A DNA stretch of 64,000 nt from Chiloscyllium plagiosum (Eukaryota). This document shows positions 38,501 through 52,541 of this stretch, in pieces (position 1 is the stretch's first letter; each line of letters opens with the position of its first letter). The notes below the pieces were generated by a model. That model did not search any database. It had not been told where the DNA came from and saw nothing but the letters and a program-made list of their open reading frames with translations. The position numbers and the translations under genes were made by a program. Where the stretch lies: positions 110,193,490 through 110,257,489 of the forward strand of contig NC_057713.1 in the NCBI RefSeq assembly GCF_004010195.1, given 5' to 3'.

Positions 38501-41500
38501 GCTCCAAAAATTACTCCACCTCTGTGGAATCTATCACAGTATTTTTTTGATTCTAATGTACAAGTAGCTTAAAACACTTAACAGACTAGTCTGCTTCTTT
38601 AACTTCATGAATCTATCATTCAGATCTGCTGAACCTGGTGCCAAGGAAACAGCCTTATTGACACTTTGGAGTGGTAAGCGCAGTTCTGGCCACCTGTTCA
38701 ATAGCAAGAGTATTATTGTACTTGATAGAGCACAAAGACAAGCATAAAATCGGATTCTGGGTGTCAGGAATTACTGCAAAGGAAACCGGCCTTATTTATT
38801 TTGCAAAAGCAAAGTATTAAGAGATTGCCTTCAGCAATGTAATGTTTTACAGGTTGGTACAATGGTCAGAAAGGCCCTCATTTCAATTCAAAGCTTCCAA
38901 ATGTGCAATGTTTGAATCTTTGAGGTAATCAAAGTAAATTTGTCAATATAATGAAGGAAATTAATAGAAACTGTTCCGAACAGGTGTTCATTTTGGTGAA
39001 GTATTTATGTGTGGGGAATCATAAACTAAAAAAACTAAGGGGTATAGAAGAACTGTGAAATAAGATCCAGGTAACCAAGAAAAGGAAACAGTGTAAACAG
39101 ATCTTCGTGAGAAATAAATTGAGGGATTGTGGTGAATAAGTTGTTCATGGGATCTATGTCTGAAGATAAAGAGAACATTTTGAATTCAATAGGTATCCCT
39201 GTTTTGAAAAGAGTACGCTTATCCCAGAACTCTTGAAAAGCTTCAAGTTTCTCCCTCATGTTCCTCTGATTTCTGATTTTCTAATTAACACATGCGTTCG
39301 GATGCTTGACCTTTGTTGCCAGAGAGAACAATTTGCAAACTGAAAAATTTGCTGAAGCGATTTTTGTTCATTCTGTTCACTGAGATGAAGTGAAAAGAAA
39401 CATCAATTTTCAGCAAAGGACTGCAAGTCACTTTAACAATTTGAAGTAACATCAGTCAAGTTGCCAGATTCCACCATCCTGTGACTGGTGGGAATGGCCT
39501 TTCATCAGTTCCCATATTTCCCAAGAGATTTTTTTCAGACTGTGCAAGTTGGAAGATCTGCACATCTTCTGCAAATGAGAAATGTTAACCATTCAAATAT
39601 ATTCACCATCATCATAGAGGAGGGCTTCTTGTGTCTGAATCATGTGGAAATGGCCGAAGTAATGTGCAACCCCATACAACCAAGATAGTAGCCCCATACA
39701 ATCACTGTAGTGGGTAGACTACATTACATTTGAAAATTATATCTGGCAGACCATATTGGCTCTCAATGTGACCTAACAACTAGTCAGTAGTAATTCTCCA
39801 GTATCTTGCAATTCAAAGCTCTTGCTCAGATGCCGGGGGCTTACCCAAATTATAGATTCTTTTCCAGTACTAAGCAGCCTCAGCTCTTGAGCTTGGCCAA
39901 CAGCTTTGAGATACTTGCTCCCTGCGCAGATGAAGAAAAGGACCATACACTGTGGTATAGAAGGCCTTTCAAGCAGGGAGCAAATAAAAAATGTAGTAGG
40001 AAATTCTCAAATTAGAGGTCCAGACAGTAGCTTTTGTGTGTAAGACGAAGAGTTCCCCATGATGTGTTGCCTGTTGGTGCCAAGGTAAGGGTAATTACGA
40101 ACTGGCTTGACGGGATATTGGAGTGGGAGGAGGATGATACTCCTGTTGTGGTCTGTTTGGGCCCAATACATATGCTAGCAGTCCTGTTTGAGGAAATAAT
40201 AGGAATTAGGAACACAATTTAATTAAAGCAAGACTTCAAGGTTACAATCTCTGGTTTATTACTCGAACCACATGCAAATAGTATAGAGATAAGAAAATTA
40301 GGGAAGCAAATCTGTGGCTAAAGGAGTGGTGTGGAAAAGGGAGGTTCCATTTCGTTGGGGCACTGGTGTCAGTATTGGGGAAGGAAGGCATCATACTACT
40401 GGGACAGGCTCCACCTGAACCAATCTGGGACAAGGACCTTAGCAGAAAGGCTAATTGGGGTGGTCACAAAGAGTTTAAACTAATTAAGGGATGAGGTGGG
40501 GGAGGGAAAGAGGAGGAGGAGGAAGAGTAGGGAGGGATCAGGGAAATTGTTAAATTTTCCAGAACAATACAGAGAATCTGGAAAGGGTCAGGAATCTAAC
40601 CTCAAGCACATCAGATAAAGGGACAGCTATGAGAAGAGGGGTGATCATTGCAGGAGTGAGGGTGTTGTACCTAGATGCATGCATTATACAAAAACAAGAT
40701 AAATCAGATGATAGATTGAAATTAGTGACTACGGTAACGTGGGCATTAGAGATGTGACAGCAAAGGGACCAGGGCTAGGAACTAAGGGTCCAAGATACAC
40801 ATCTTAGAGGATTGACAGACAGAAGGGCAGAGGAGTCCAGGGTGCCTTGTTAGGAAGAAATGAATTTAAAGCGATGGCAAGATGATGTAGAGTCCAAAGG
40901 CGTAGAATCTGTGTGGGTAGAATTGAGGTACCACAAAAGGAAAAAGACCCTGATAGGAGTTACGTACGTTCCTCCTAGCAGTAGTCAAAGCGTGGAGCAG
41001 AAAATAAATCGGGAGATAGAAAAGGCATGTAAGAAAGGCAGTACTACAATAAACACAGGAGACGTCAATATGCAGGTGGACTGGGAAAATTAGGTTGGTA
41101 GCAGATCCCAAGAAATTCTTGGAGTATCTAAGGGATGGGGTCTTTTGGAGCAGCTTGTGGTAGAGCCAACTAGGGAATACACAACTCTGGATTTGGTGAC
41201 GTAAAATGAGGCAGACTTGATTAGGAGCTTAAGACGATGGAAACACGAGGAGGCAGTGACTGATATGATAGAATTTACCTTGCAGTTTGAGAGGAAGAAA
41301 CTGGAAGAGGAAGATGTAATGACATTACAATTGAGTAAAGTTAACTACAAAGACATGTGGGAGGAGCTGACCAGCTTTGATTGCAAGGGGAGTCTAGCAG
41401 GGAAGACAATACAGCAGCAATGGTCGGAGTTTCTGAGAGTAATTCAGGAGGCACAGCAGAAAATCATCCCCAAAAAGAAAATAAACAGTGGCTGTCAAGG

Positions 41501-42439
41501 GAAATCAGAACCAGCATAAAGGCAAAGAAGAAAAGCATACAATATTGTGAGGATTAGTGGGAAGCTTTTAACCAGGAGAGGTAAACTAAAAGAACAATAA
41601 GAAGGGAGAAGATGAAATATGAGGGTAAGCTAACTAGTATTATATAGTAATATAGTATTACATTGCAAGAGATGTTTTAGATATATACAAGGCAAGAGTG
41701 CATATTGGAGTGCTGGAAAATGAGGCTGGTGAAGTAGTAATAGGGAACAAAGACATAACAAAGGAACTGAATACAGGTACGTACTTTACATCAACTTTAT
41801 GGTCAAGGATGCCAGTAGCGTACCTGTTCTTCATGAGAGCTAAGTGAAATGGCCACCACTAAGGAGAAGGTGCTGGGAAAGCTGAAGGATAAGGTGGATA
41901 AATTATGTAAACCAGATGGACTACACCCCAGGGTTCTGAAGGAGATAGCTGAAGCGATTCTGGAAGAATTGGTGGTGATCTTTCCAGAATCATTGGAGTC
42001 AGGGAGAGTCTCAGTCAACTGGAAAATGGCTAATGTAATGTCACTGTTTAAGAATTGAGGAAGGCAGAAGACAGGAAATTATAGGCCAGTTAGCCTGAAC
42101 ACAGTCATAGTAAGTTTACAGAGTCCATTATAAAAGATGAAATTGCAGAGTACTTGAAATGCATGGTAAAATAGCGTTGAATTAGCACAGCTTCATCAAG
42201 GAGATGTCATGCCTGTCAAATCTTTTAGAAATCTTTGAGAAAGTAATGAATAAGTTAAACGAAGGTGAGCTAGTGGACATGATCTATTTGGATTTCGAGA
42301 AAGTCTTTGACAAGGTGCCACACATGATGCTGCAAAATAAGATAAGAGCCCCATGGTGTCAGGGGCAAGAAACTGGTATGGACAGAGGATTTGATGACTG
42401 GCAGAAGGCAGAGAGTAGAGATAAAGGGGTCTTTTCTCA

Positions 42440-42830
42440 GGATGGTGCGCAAAGCAAGATCAACATTAGCAAGATCAATGGGATTTGAAGTTAGAGAGTC
42501 CATTCATCAGTCTAATTATGGCAGGGAAGAAGCTGTTCTTGAACTTGCTGGTGTGTGGGTTCAAGCTTCTGTATCTTTTGCTAGATGGAAGAGGTTGTAG
42601 GAGAACACTGCTGGGGTGTGATGGGTCTTTGGTGATATTGGCAGCCTTTCCGCTGCAACGAGAAATGTAAATGGACTCTATGGGTGAGAGGTTGGCTTCC
42701 ATGATGGTCTGGGCTGTGTACGCAAACTTCTGTAGTTTCTTACAGTTTTGGGCAGAGCACTTGCTGTACCAGGCCATTATGGACCCCGATAGTATCCTTT
42801 CTGTGGCGCAAATCGTAAAAGTTGGTGAGG
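42440..42830 (-). mobile_element. Rex1/Babar-type LINE fragment nested in the CR1
   Basis: ILSGSIMAWY...KDPSHPS..LLQPLPSSKRYRSL..TSKFKNSFFPAIIRLMN. Confidence 0.8.
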
Positions 42831-42897
42831 GTACAATGTGGAACAAATGTGAGAAACTGTGAAGTTATGCACTTTGGTAGGAAGAACAGACGTGTAG

Positions 42898-42992
42898 TCA
42901 AGATTAGAGTGGTGCTGGAAAAGCACAGCAGGTCAGGCAGCATCCGAGAAGCAGGAAATCGATGTTTTGGGCAAAAGCCCTTCATCAGGAAA
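42898..42992 (-). mobile_element. Short Penelope-derived hammerhead-family element nested in the CR1
   Basis: Reverse complement reads cctgatgaagggcttttgcccaaaacatcg...; flanked by tgtag at 42893-42897 and 42993-42997. Confidence 0.8.
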
Positions 42993-45900
42993 TGTAGACA
43001 GTTTTTGAAATGGGGAAAGGCTTTGGAAATCTGAAGCACAAAAGAAACTTGCAAGTCATAGTTCAGGATTCTCTTAAGGTTAACTGTTGGAAGTTAGGAT
43101 GGCAAATGAAATGTTAGCATTAATTTTAAGAGGGCAAGAAGAGGGTTGCATAAGGCTCTGGTCAGACTGCATTTGGAATACTGCGAGCAGTTTTGGGCCC
43201 CATATGTAAGGAATGATGTGTTTGCATTGGAGGCTGTCCACAGGTTTACAAGCGTGATCCTGGGAACGAAGACTTGTCATATGAGGAGTGCTTGAGGAGT
43301 CTGGGTCTGTACACAATAGAATTTAGAAGGATGAGGGGGGATCTAATTGAAATTTACAGAATACTGAGAGGCCTGGATAGAGGGAACATAGAGATGTTTC
43401 CACTAGTAATAGAGACTAGAACCCAAGGGCGCAGCTTCAGAGTGAAGGATGATCCTTTAGAACTGAGATGAAAAGGAATTTCTTCAGCCAGTCAGTGATA
43501 ATCTGTGCTGCAGAATGCTGTGGAGGCCAAGTCATTGAGTGTCTTTCAGACAGAGATAAATAGGTTCTTGATTAGTAAAGGGATCAAGTATTAAGGGGAG
43601 AAAGCAGGTGAATGGGACTGAGAAACAGATCAGCCATGAACAATACCTCACCCGAATGGCAAGGTCAAGGCCCTTAAGTAGCTTGTAATTGGCCCTGACA
43701 TGATCGTAACAAGTCCAGATGATGATGAGCATTTCACATCCCACATTCTCTCCTGATTTCTAGACCCCTAACCAAAATAATACCCTAGCCCCACTTTTTC
43801 CAACTTGCCCTCCCATGACCGTCCTGGCCAGATCCAAAGGGTGGAATTCAACTGCTGCTGCTCAACACTAAATCTTCTTTACAACTGGCTCCATCCCTAG
43901 TTCTTTTCCAAAAATGAAGTTAATAAAATATTGGGATAAAATTCTTTGAAAATTATGATAGTTTTAACTTGAAGCATGAATGTAAAGATGCTGACCAACA
44001 TTAAGTACAAATCAAAAGTTAAACTATTCAAATGAAATAGTTTCAAGTTTGAATTTAATTCTTAAATCACTGTTCACAAACTATAACAATCTATCTCTAC
44101 TAACAGAAGCAAAATATTCTTTGGTTCACAGTGCAATGTTACCAGAAAGAAATATCCCTGTGGAAAAGGGAAACAAATCCTTCAACTTATTTATTTCTGC
44201 TCTAAAAATACACATAAAAACACAATGTAGCTAAACTTGTGGACTGGTATTAGAACTGGAGATCAATTAAGTAACTAGCGGCGATTAAGAAGTGAAAGGA
44301 TAAATAAAGCAAACTTGAATAAAAGTGCTGCTTACAATGCACAGCACATCTGCCAGCATCTGGAAGGAAAAAGGCAGATTAAGGTTTCATATAAGACCTT
44401 TATGCTTAAACATTAACCTGACCTCAGTGAAAAATAACCTCTCTTTGTTTTTGATACTGGTGGACTTGATGTGTACTTACAGCATTTTTTTTTTGCAGCT
44501 CTGTGAATAATCACTCTCTCTTTCGCTGTCTCTGCAGGCTGTGAATTTGCTGCATGTGTGAAGGCTCTAGCTGTGCTAACATTAATTTTCGTGCTAACGT
44601 CAGTGGATTTAAAGTTAACTGATAAATTAAATATTTATCTGTCAAGATCCTGTGAAAACTCTTTTGTTGTGGCCAAATCTTAGACTGGAGACCTCTTCCC
44701 AATTCCTGGGTTCAGGCTAATGGGTAGGGTGGACCGCTGCTACCTGAAACCAGCTCAACATTGCTACCACTCCACCGATATCATTAAAATAGATTATCCA
44801 CAAATTCCGTTCATTGCTGTCTGTAGGATCTTGCTGTGCACAATGTAAGGAAATGTTTGGAGCAATATGGTCCAGGTGCAGGCAGGTGGGACTAGTTTAG
44901 TTTGGGATTATGTTCGGCATGGACTAGTTGGACCGAAGAGTCTGTTTCCATGCTATATGACTATGACTGCCACATTTCTTCTGCATTACAAAACTAACTA
45001 CATTGTAAAAGTGTTTTATTGGTTGCAAAGTCTTCAGGAAATAACTGTTGCAATTTAGTGTATCCACCACAGAGGTCAGTGCTGAAAAAACTGAACTCCT
45101 CGGAAACACTATTATTAAAACAAATGTAGGGCAATACAGCTCACCTATCGATGAACTCAGAAAGGTATTGCTTGTAACAACCAGGGAAATGTGTCTCAGG
45201 CCCAGACACCCATGTAATGATTGTTCCAGAAGGGCACACTGGCCAGGAAATGGGTGCTTACTTTTCTAGTGGAAGCATGCCTTCCCTATTTTAATGCCAT
45301 GACTATTAAACTAGAATTTCAGCAGGAAAATCTGGAAGATACTTTACTCCATGGAAATTGTTTAGCTACAATCATATCTTTGAAAAAAAGCAGCAAACTT
45401 CACAAAATGGTAGATTGTAAGACCACAGCGACAGCTAATTACAGCCACACTCATGTTTCTTTTTCCCTCGACAAGATGACAACTGGGGTTTTCTGCTTCA
45501 GTACTCGCAGGCTTATGATTTCCTGCCTGTTTGCTTTAATGGGTGGAAAATCACAGACTGCCAAGCACAGGAGCAGAAAGGCATGCTCATTAATACAGCA
45601 TTCTCCTCCTTCCTATCATGTCTTTCCTTTTTTTCAAGAAACTTATCTCATTCTTTTCCCAAGAAAAAATACTGCCTGTGCATTGACAATGGTTTGTAGA
45701 ATAGAATCTTCCACCCCTCTGTGTAACCGTAATTCACTGCACAGGTGATATTGGTGATGAATGCTATAAATTAGACCACTTTTCTTAATCTTCCAGCAAT
45801 GAATATGTTCAAATTTACTTTTAGGAAAAAAGCCCACTGTGAACATTGCAATAGATTGGGAGTGATGGCACCAATACTTGATACACATTCAGGGTACCAG

Positions 45901-46254
45901 ATTGTGACACAGAAGAAAACATCAGGTAATGTAATAGGGAAGTGTTAACATGTAATAGCTCTAACCTGATGATGTGAGATTGGTAAAATGGGCCAAGAAT
46001 TTCTAGCTGTACTGTCAATATTCACTGTCAGTACTGCTTGAAAATGACGTTGACTTCTGGTGTTGGCAGATTTATGATTAACTGAAAAAAATCTGTAAGT
46101 TACTGTTGTTGATATCCTATTCCTTCACAGGGTGTGCAGTTGCAAATTTTGCAGATGTAATCAGCACAGGATCCATAATTTGACACAAACTTCAACTTTT
46201 TACACACTCCTCTTGAATTTATGAAGCTAAACCTGAACAGATTGGTAACGGAAC

Positions 46255-47160
46255 TGCAGGGATCAAGGCTCGGTCCACAACTATTTATGATCAACACTTT
46301 CTTGAAAGAACCAACTTATTGAAGCCAAAGTTGCTGATAAGATTAGAAAAGCAAGTTCGAAGGAGGATACAAAGAGTCTGCAACAGGATATAGAGAGGCT
46401 AAGTGAATAGGCAACAATTTGGGGAGAGTATGAAGTGGGAAGATATGAGGTTGTGTCTTTGATAGTTGTATGGCAAAGTAGAATCTTACATAAATAGAAA
46501 AAGATTGCAGAATTCTGCAATACAGAGGGCCTCTGAATGTAGCAAATAACTAAGACAGCAAACCAATGTTGATCCTTACTACAAGAGGGATAGATTATGA
46601 AAGTAGGAAAGTCTTGCTATAATTGTGCAAGGTTTTGCATGACCAGGCCTTTCAATACTTTGGGCAACTTTGATCATTTTACTTAAGGAGCAACATACCT
46701 GTATTGAAGTCAGTTCAGAAAAGATTCACTATGCTGATTCCTGGGATGAAGGCATTGTGTTTGAAGAAAGGTTGAGCATGCAGCTAACAAACTTGGGCCT
46801 ATACTCATTAAGTATAGAAGAATGAGAGGGGGTTTGCTGAAAGATAAATGATTGAGTGGTTTATCAAGGTAGATACTGAAAGGAGGCTCTCCCCTTCAAA
46901 ATAAGTTGCCTCCTGTTTAGATGAAGAGAAGGATTTTTTTTGAGTGTCTGCATTTGAAACTCTATTCTCACGTTATGTGGTAAATGTTGGGGCACTGAGT
47001 ATGTGCAAGGCTGAGTTACACAAACGTTTGATTGGCAAAGGAGTCAAGGATTGCAGAGATAGGTAGGAAAATGGATTTAAGGTCAAAACAAGGTCAACCA
47101 TTCATTTATTGACTGATGATGCATGCTGAAGGGGATGAATGGTTTACTCCTCCTGTCTGT
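46255..47160 (+). mobile_element. Old CR1 LINE 3' fragment
   Basis: QGSRLGPQLF and LQQDIERLSE peptides, plus a typical tail. Confidence 0.75.
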
Positions 47161-47404
47161 TTCATTAATATGGGAAATTGATAGCACTGTTTATTACAAA
47201 TTGTGGGCAACTTTCTTCAAGTTCAGTGGCAAGGGCCATCCATTCAATGCTGACCATACAATCTAGGTCTTGGTGGAATTTAAAGTAATTGAGTTTATAT
47301 TAAATATACAAATCGGTATTAGGAAGAGGATCATACATAAAGGGTGATTCCCAAACTGTATGGAATTGTTCAGCTAAACTATTTGTGCCACATCAAGTGA
47401 AAAT

Positions 47405-47597
47405 AGTCATAGAGTTTACAGCACGGAAACAGACCCTTTGGTCCAACTTGTCCATGCCGACCAGATATCCCAAATTAATCTAGTCCCATTTGCCAGCATT
47501 TCGCCTATATCTCTCTAAACCCTTCCTATTCATATACCCATCCAAATGCCTTTTAAATGTTGTAATTGTACTAGCCTCCACCACTTCCTTTGGCAAA
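47405..47597 (-). mobile_element. HER1/CR1 3' end
   Basis: Near identical to 12360-12550. Confidence 0.9.
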
Positions 47598-50594
47598 TAC
47601 TGTCAGTAGTTGAATTAGTCAGCAGTTCAGTCAGTTCTGATGAAAGGGTGTTGGGCTGAGACATTAACTCTTTCTCCCTTAACATATGTTACCTGATCTG
47701 CTGAGTATTTCCCACATTTTCTGTTTTTGCTTTGGATCAGATGTGTTTATTCTATAAGCATAATAAATATCAGTATAAAAATAACTGAAGTCAGGTCAAA
47801 TCAGAAAATATGTGGCGCAAGATAACTTGTTACTTTTTTTAAGGTTTATGATCCCAATGACATTTCTCAAACAAGTCAGGAAAGCTATCACTCTCAAGTA
47901 ATGTGTTGAATGATTGTATAAATGTGTTATTGATTTTGACCCCGCTATCCCAGCTTTCCAATGGTCTAAGTGACTGTGTTGGTTGCATTGACACTAATTC
48001 AACAAACCCGATCAAGCCATTGACTTAAAGAAGGTTCAGTAATGATAACTAATTGTTCAAATTTTTCAGTGGGGACTCTCAAGGAGTGCAGAATCCCAAA
48101 CAAATTATGATCTGACATATTTACTGTTATAATTTCCTAGAATTTCCACATCATAATGATTTATGCTATAGATGAGTCATGTTGACAGTGCAAACTTTCA
48201 GCAAAGCCAGGCTCTTTGTAATAATCTTTAAGTCTGTTCTTACTTTCAACCACTTCCACCTTTACTTACCACACCATAATGATTAATAATCTTGGATATA
48301 ATAACCATATTTATTGAGCTTTTTACATTGGAGATGGTTGTATTGTCTTTCTTTTATCAACAAAATCACACACAATCACAGTTTTAGGGTTTCTTTAAAT
48401 CCTCACTTTAGGGATGTTCCAGATTATCCTTCTCAGTGTGCTAGTCTCATTATTCTCCACATACATACAAAAATGTTTTTCCAGATGAGTTCAGTGTGCC
48501 CAAGAAGCAAATAGAGAATGTTTCTCAGTTCACCTCAGTTACAGATCCTGTCACATTTTGTCTTTGCAAGGTGGCAGAATAGCCCTACCTTAGAGTTTAA
48601 CTGCCAAATAATTTTATTATACAATAAAAGGAGAAGTGAATAGTCATAGTTACACATTATGCATTTATAGCTGTATATAGCTCAGCTAGGTTTTTGTGTA
48701 GGAAAACAAATAGCAAATTGCTTGAGATTTCTGTGGTAATAATCTTATGAAGAAGTTTTGTTTTCTTTTACTTCTGTTTACAAATATTTTGTGGCTTTAT
48801 TTCATTTTAGAAGTTTCAGTCAGATCCTGATTTGAAGAAAAACAGGTTAATTAGTGTCTTGAATTAATATCAGACATGAGAAGATTTAAATAAGCGACAT
48901 TCTTTTAAAAATGATGCAAATCAAATTTGAACAAATCCCATAAATTGTTTATTTTTGCACTCATCAAATCGGCCCTATTTTTGGATAGCAGTATCAGAGA
49001 GTGACAGGTTTTATAACATATATATTAAGAAATGATTTCAGTGCTTAAAATTCATTTTTAATCCTTTAGGTCAGTATTGCCCAAACTTCTACTAACTGTG
49101 ATCCCATTGTCATGACTCTTCAGCGAGAGACAGTGTGTGGTGAATACGACGTGAGAGCAAGTATCTATTGGCGAGGGAACATAGCTGTTATAAGTTGGTT
49201 AGAACTTTATGCCAACCACTGTTGTCTCAAAATTCAGGTCCCCAAGCATCAGCTTGCAACTCCACTTGAGGAAGCCCAGCCTTATGTCATTTGACAAAAT
49301 TAATGATGCCAAAATAACACTGGCTGAATTTTTCTAATATGGAACTTACATTATTACTGTGCTTATGGACTCTAAGTAAGTCCGGACATACCTACATTTA
49401 AGATTTGAGAGATTTTTAGACTTCCAATTGCCTACTTTACTTTCCTGGATTGCTCCACAATTTCTACGACAGTGAATTCAGATGGCTAGATCCACAGAGG
49501 TTTAGGTTTTAGCCCTGTACTCACTGTGGTTTTTACATGGATCGATTTAGAAAGTTTCATGATAGGCATAAAGCCTGTTGAGTGGCATAACTTTAAGCTG
49601 GAGTGTCAAAGCACAAAGTAAACACATTGTTTCAATTGTGCCACAGCATGTTTCCAAATATACTCTTACAAATCAAATAACCATCTTATCCATTTACTGA
49701 AAAATTAACTTCAACTATATTTTCTCAAATCACCAGTATTACTTTAATATTGCACAAAAAAAACAATTTCATTTTTATAATTGTACTTACTAATTATTTG
49801 AAAACTAATGATTGCTTCATGGAATTGCTCATGGTAAGTCATTATCTGTTTATGACAGGTAGATTATATCCAGCAACACACAGGCTAAAGAATGGTCTTC
49901 AGTTGCAGAATGAAAGCAGTTCATTGTAAAATGGGGTACCCATTCACATCACATCCATTTTCTGTTTTTATTAACTCCAGCTATAAAAAAATACTGCCAA
50001 TATAATGATGAGTTTATTTTGTGCACCCAGCAGAGACCAATTTTATTTCTATAATAAAATTATATTTGTGGTCAAGAACTTGCAATTAATCTATTGTGGC
50101 AAATTGTTCTAATTTATTCAAAATTTTACTTTTGATTAAAGCATGATTTCAATACAGTTAGATCCTTGCCTGGTCCCAGTAGTATTAAGAGGGTTTGCAT
50201 GCTAATGAATCAATGTTTAACATGGCTATACTTACCCAATCTGGGCATGGAAGTTATTACATACGGGTAATAACCTTTGGTTGTAGGGAAACAATGAATT
50301 TATGAGTACACATTTGGGATTAGTTGACAAGAGGCTCTGCCCATGTGGGGAGCATCTGTTGTGGCACAATAGCAGTGTCCCTGCCTCTGAGCCAGAGGAG
50401 CCAGGTTTCAGTCCCACTTGTTCCAGAGGTGTGTCATAACATTTCTGAAAAGGTTGATTAGAAAATCTATCCAGGTGGGCAGCTAACAGGTTTAATTAGT
50501 AACTCTTCTGGCTAAAACCTACTTGATGGGGAGAGAGGTCAAATTCCTGTACACACAGGCAAATAAGAAACTTTGTTTCTGGTCAGTTCTTACA

Positions 50595-50926
50595 ATCATA
50601 GAATCCCTACATTGTGGAAGCTGGCCATTCAGCCCGTTGAATCCACACTGACCCTCCACAGAGCATCATCTAGACCCACCCTATCCCTGTAACCCTGCAT
50701 TTCCCATTGCTAATCTACCTAGCCTGCACATCCCTGGACACGATAGGGCAATTTAGCATAGCCAATCCAACTAACCTACTGGACTGTGGAAGCAACCAGA
50801 GAAAGCCCATGCAAACACCAACAGAATGTGCAAATGCCACACAGTCAATCACCCAAGGGTAGAATCAAATTCAGTCCCTGGTGCTGTGAGGCAGCCAGTG
50901 CTAATCACTGAGTTACCATGCCATCC
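50595..50926 (-). mobile_element. HE1-type SINE (older)
   Basis: Reverse-complement match to the HE1 head, core and tail. Confidence 0.85.
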
Positions 50927-51351
50927 AATGTTTCTGTAAGAATCATGTAAAGACACAGGACTAAGATTAAGATAATGCCAGTCAGGTTTTATCTAAGGCA
51001 TACTAGAAATATGAAGCAAGGCAAGTATTTAGTCTATTAACAGCAATGCCATCGTATCTTTTTATTGCCTTGTACAGTGTGGGAAATACAATGAAATAAT
51101 CTAAGAGACTGAATAGTCGTATGCTGCAAAACAAATCAGCTTCTTGATTTTATACTGACCCCAATCTCTACCTGGAGCATTCATCAGTTACAGCTTTCAG
51201 ATAATTGAAGAGGTCACATCCATATTATGCAGTTTTCATGAATAAGGGTGTTCTCATTGTTATTCCTCCCCTCAGGTCTCACAGTCATATATCAAGCTAT
51301 TCGTTAGTGAAAGTCAGCTCTTCATACTGAGGAAATCAGGTCAATTTAACA

Positions 51352-51697
51352 GGGGCAGCACGGTGGTTCAGTGGTTAGCAGTGCTGCCTCACAGTACAAA
51401 GGACCCAGGTTTGATTCTATACTCAGCATCATTCTGTGTGGAATTTGCACATTCTGCCCGTATCTGCCTGGGTTTCTTCCAAGTGCTCCGATTTCCTCCC
51501 ATGGTCCGAAGATGTGCAGGTTAGGTAGATTAGCCATGTTAAATTGCCCATAGTGTCCAGCGATGTGCAGGCTAGCTGGGTTAGCCATGGGAAATGCGGG
51601 CTTAGAGGGGTAGGGTAGGGGAGTGGATCTGGATGGGATGCTACTCAGAGGATCAGTGAGGACGCGGTGGGGCTTTCACATTGTCGGGATTCTATGA
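51352..51697 (+). mobile_element. HE1-type SINE
   Basis: Head ggggcagcacggtggttcagtggttagcagtgctgcctcacag. Confidence 0.9.
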
Positions 51698-52327
51698 GGA
51701 AAGACTTGGATGCCAACCCAAGAGAATAACTAGCTAGTGCTACATGTTTGCAATATTACACTGGAAGATATCCAGTCATGTTGCTCTAGTATGTAGGCTT
51801 GGGATGGAGTAGTCAGATCAGCAGTAAAGCACTTGAAGAGGAGGTTAATGAGGGAGGAGATGCAACATGACCACATATCAGTTGTCTAAACAGGACAAAG
51901 TAAATGGAGAGGCAAAGCCTGAGAACTGTAGAAACAGTTTGTGGGCTTAAGCAAAGAAAACTGGGCTCTTGGAACTGATTGGTTATATTTTCACAGCACT
52001 TTGATGCTAATAACTGGTAATTTTCATCTCTGGCTATTATTAATGGTGATTTGTTCCCATTATCTGTTCAGTTAAAATTCAGTTATTTAATAAATATGAC
52101 ATCAGAGATAATCAAATGTATACAATGTATACTTGCAATGCCTACAGATGTGTTTCCTGATGTATTTTAGCAAATTCTGTAATTGTTTGTCTAAATATCT
52201 AAATGTTATATTTCCTGATTTTCTTCTTCATGTATTTGCCACCCAATATTTATCTCACTGTATGTATTTCATTCTTCTTTGTAAAAATCCTAGAGAACTG
52301 CAGATGGTGGAAATCAGAAACAAAAAC

Positions 52328-52541
52328 AGAAGTTGCTGGAAAATCTCAGCAGGTCTGGCAGCACCTGTGGAGAGAAATCAGAGTTAAAGTTTCAGGTCCA
52401 GTGACCCTTCTTCAGAACGGAGCTCAGAAGATCAGTTCTAAAGAAATCCAGTTCTGATGAAGGGTCACTGGGTCTGAAACATTGACTCTGCTTTCTCTCC
52501 ACTGATGCTGCCAGACTTGCTGATTATTTCCAGCAATTTCT
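52328..52541. repeat. Inverted pair (about 91-bp arms, 32-bp spacer) of hammerhead-family elements
   Basis: 52328-52418 is the imperfect reverse complement of 52451-52541. Each arm has CTGANGA-AGGGTC-ACTG-G(A/G)(C/T)CT-GAAAC. Confidence 0.9.

Larger units (their letters stand above)
39800..43640 (+). mobile_element. Long degenerate CR1-type LINE (ORF1 esterase region, ORF2 and 3' end) with nested insertions
   Basis: ORF1 pieces LANSFEIL and LPVGAKV; EN piece VESVWVEL..TLIGV..GD.N; RT pieces PDGLHPRVLKE, WKMANV and YLDFEKVFDKVPH; C-terminal EFRRMRGDLIE. Confidence 0.88.

Noticed and set aside
45221-45748. 175-aa plus-strand ORF
   Set aside because: Non-ATG start, no recognisable domain and no splice support; consistent with a chance ORF.
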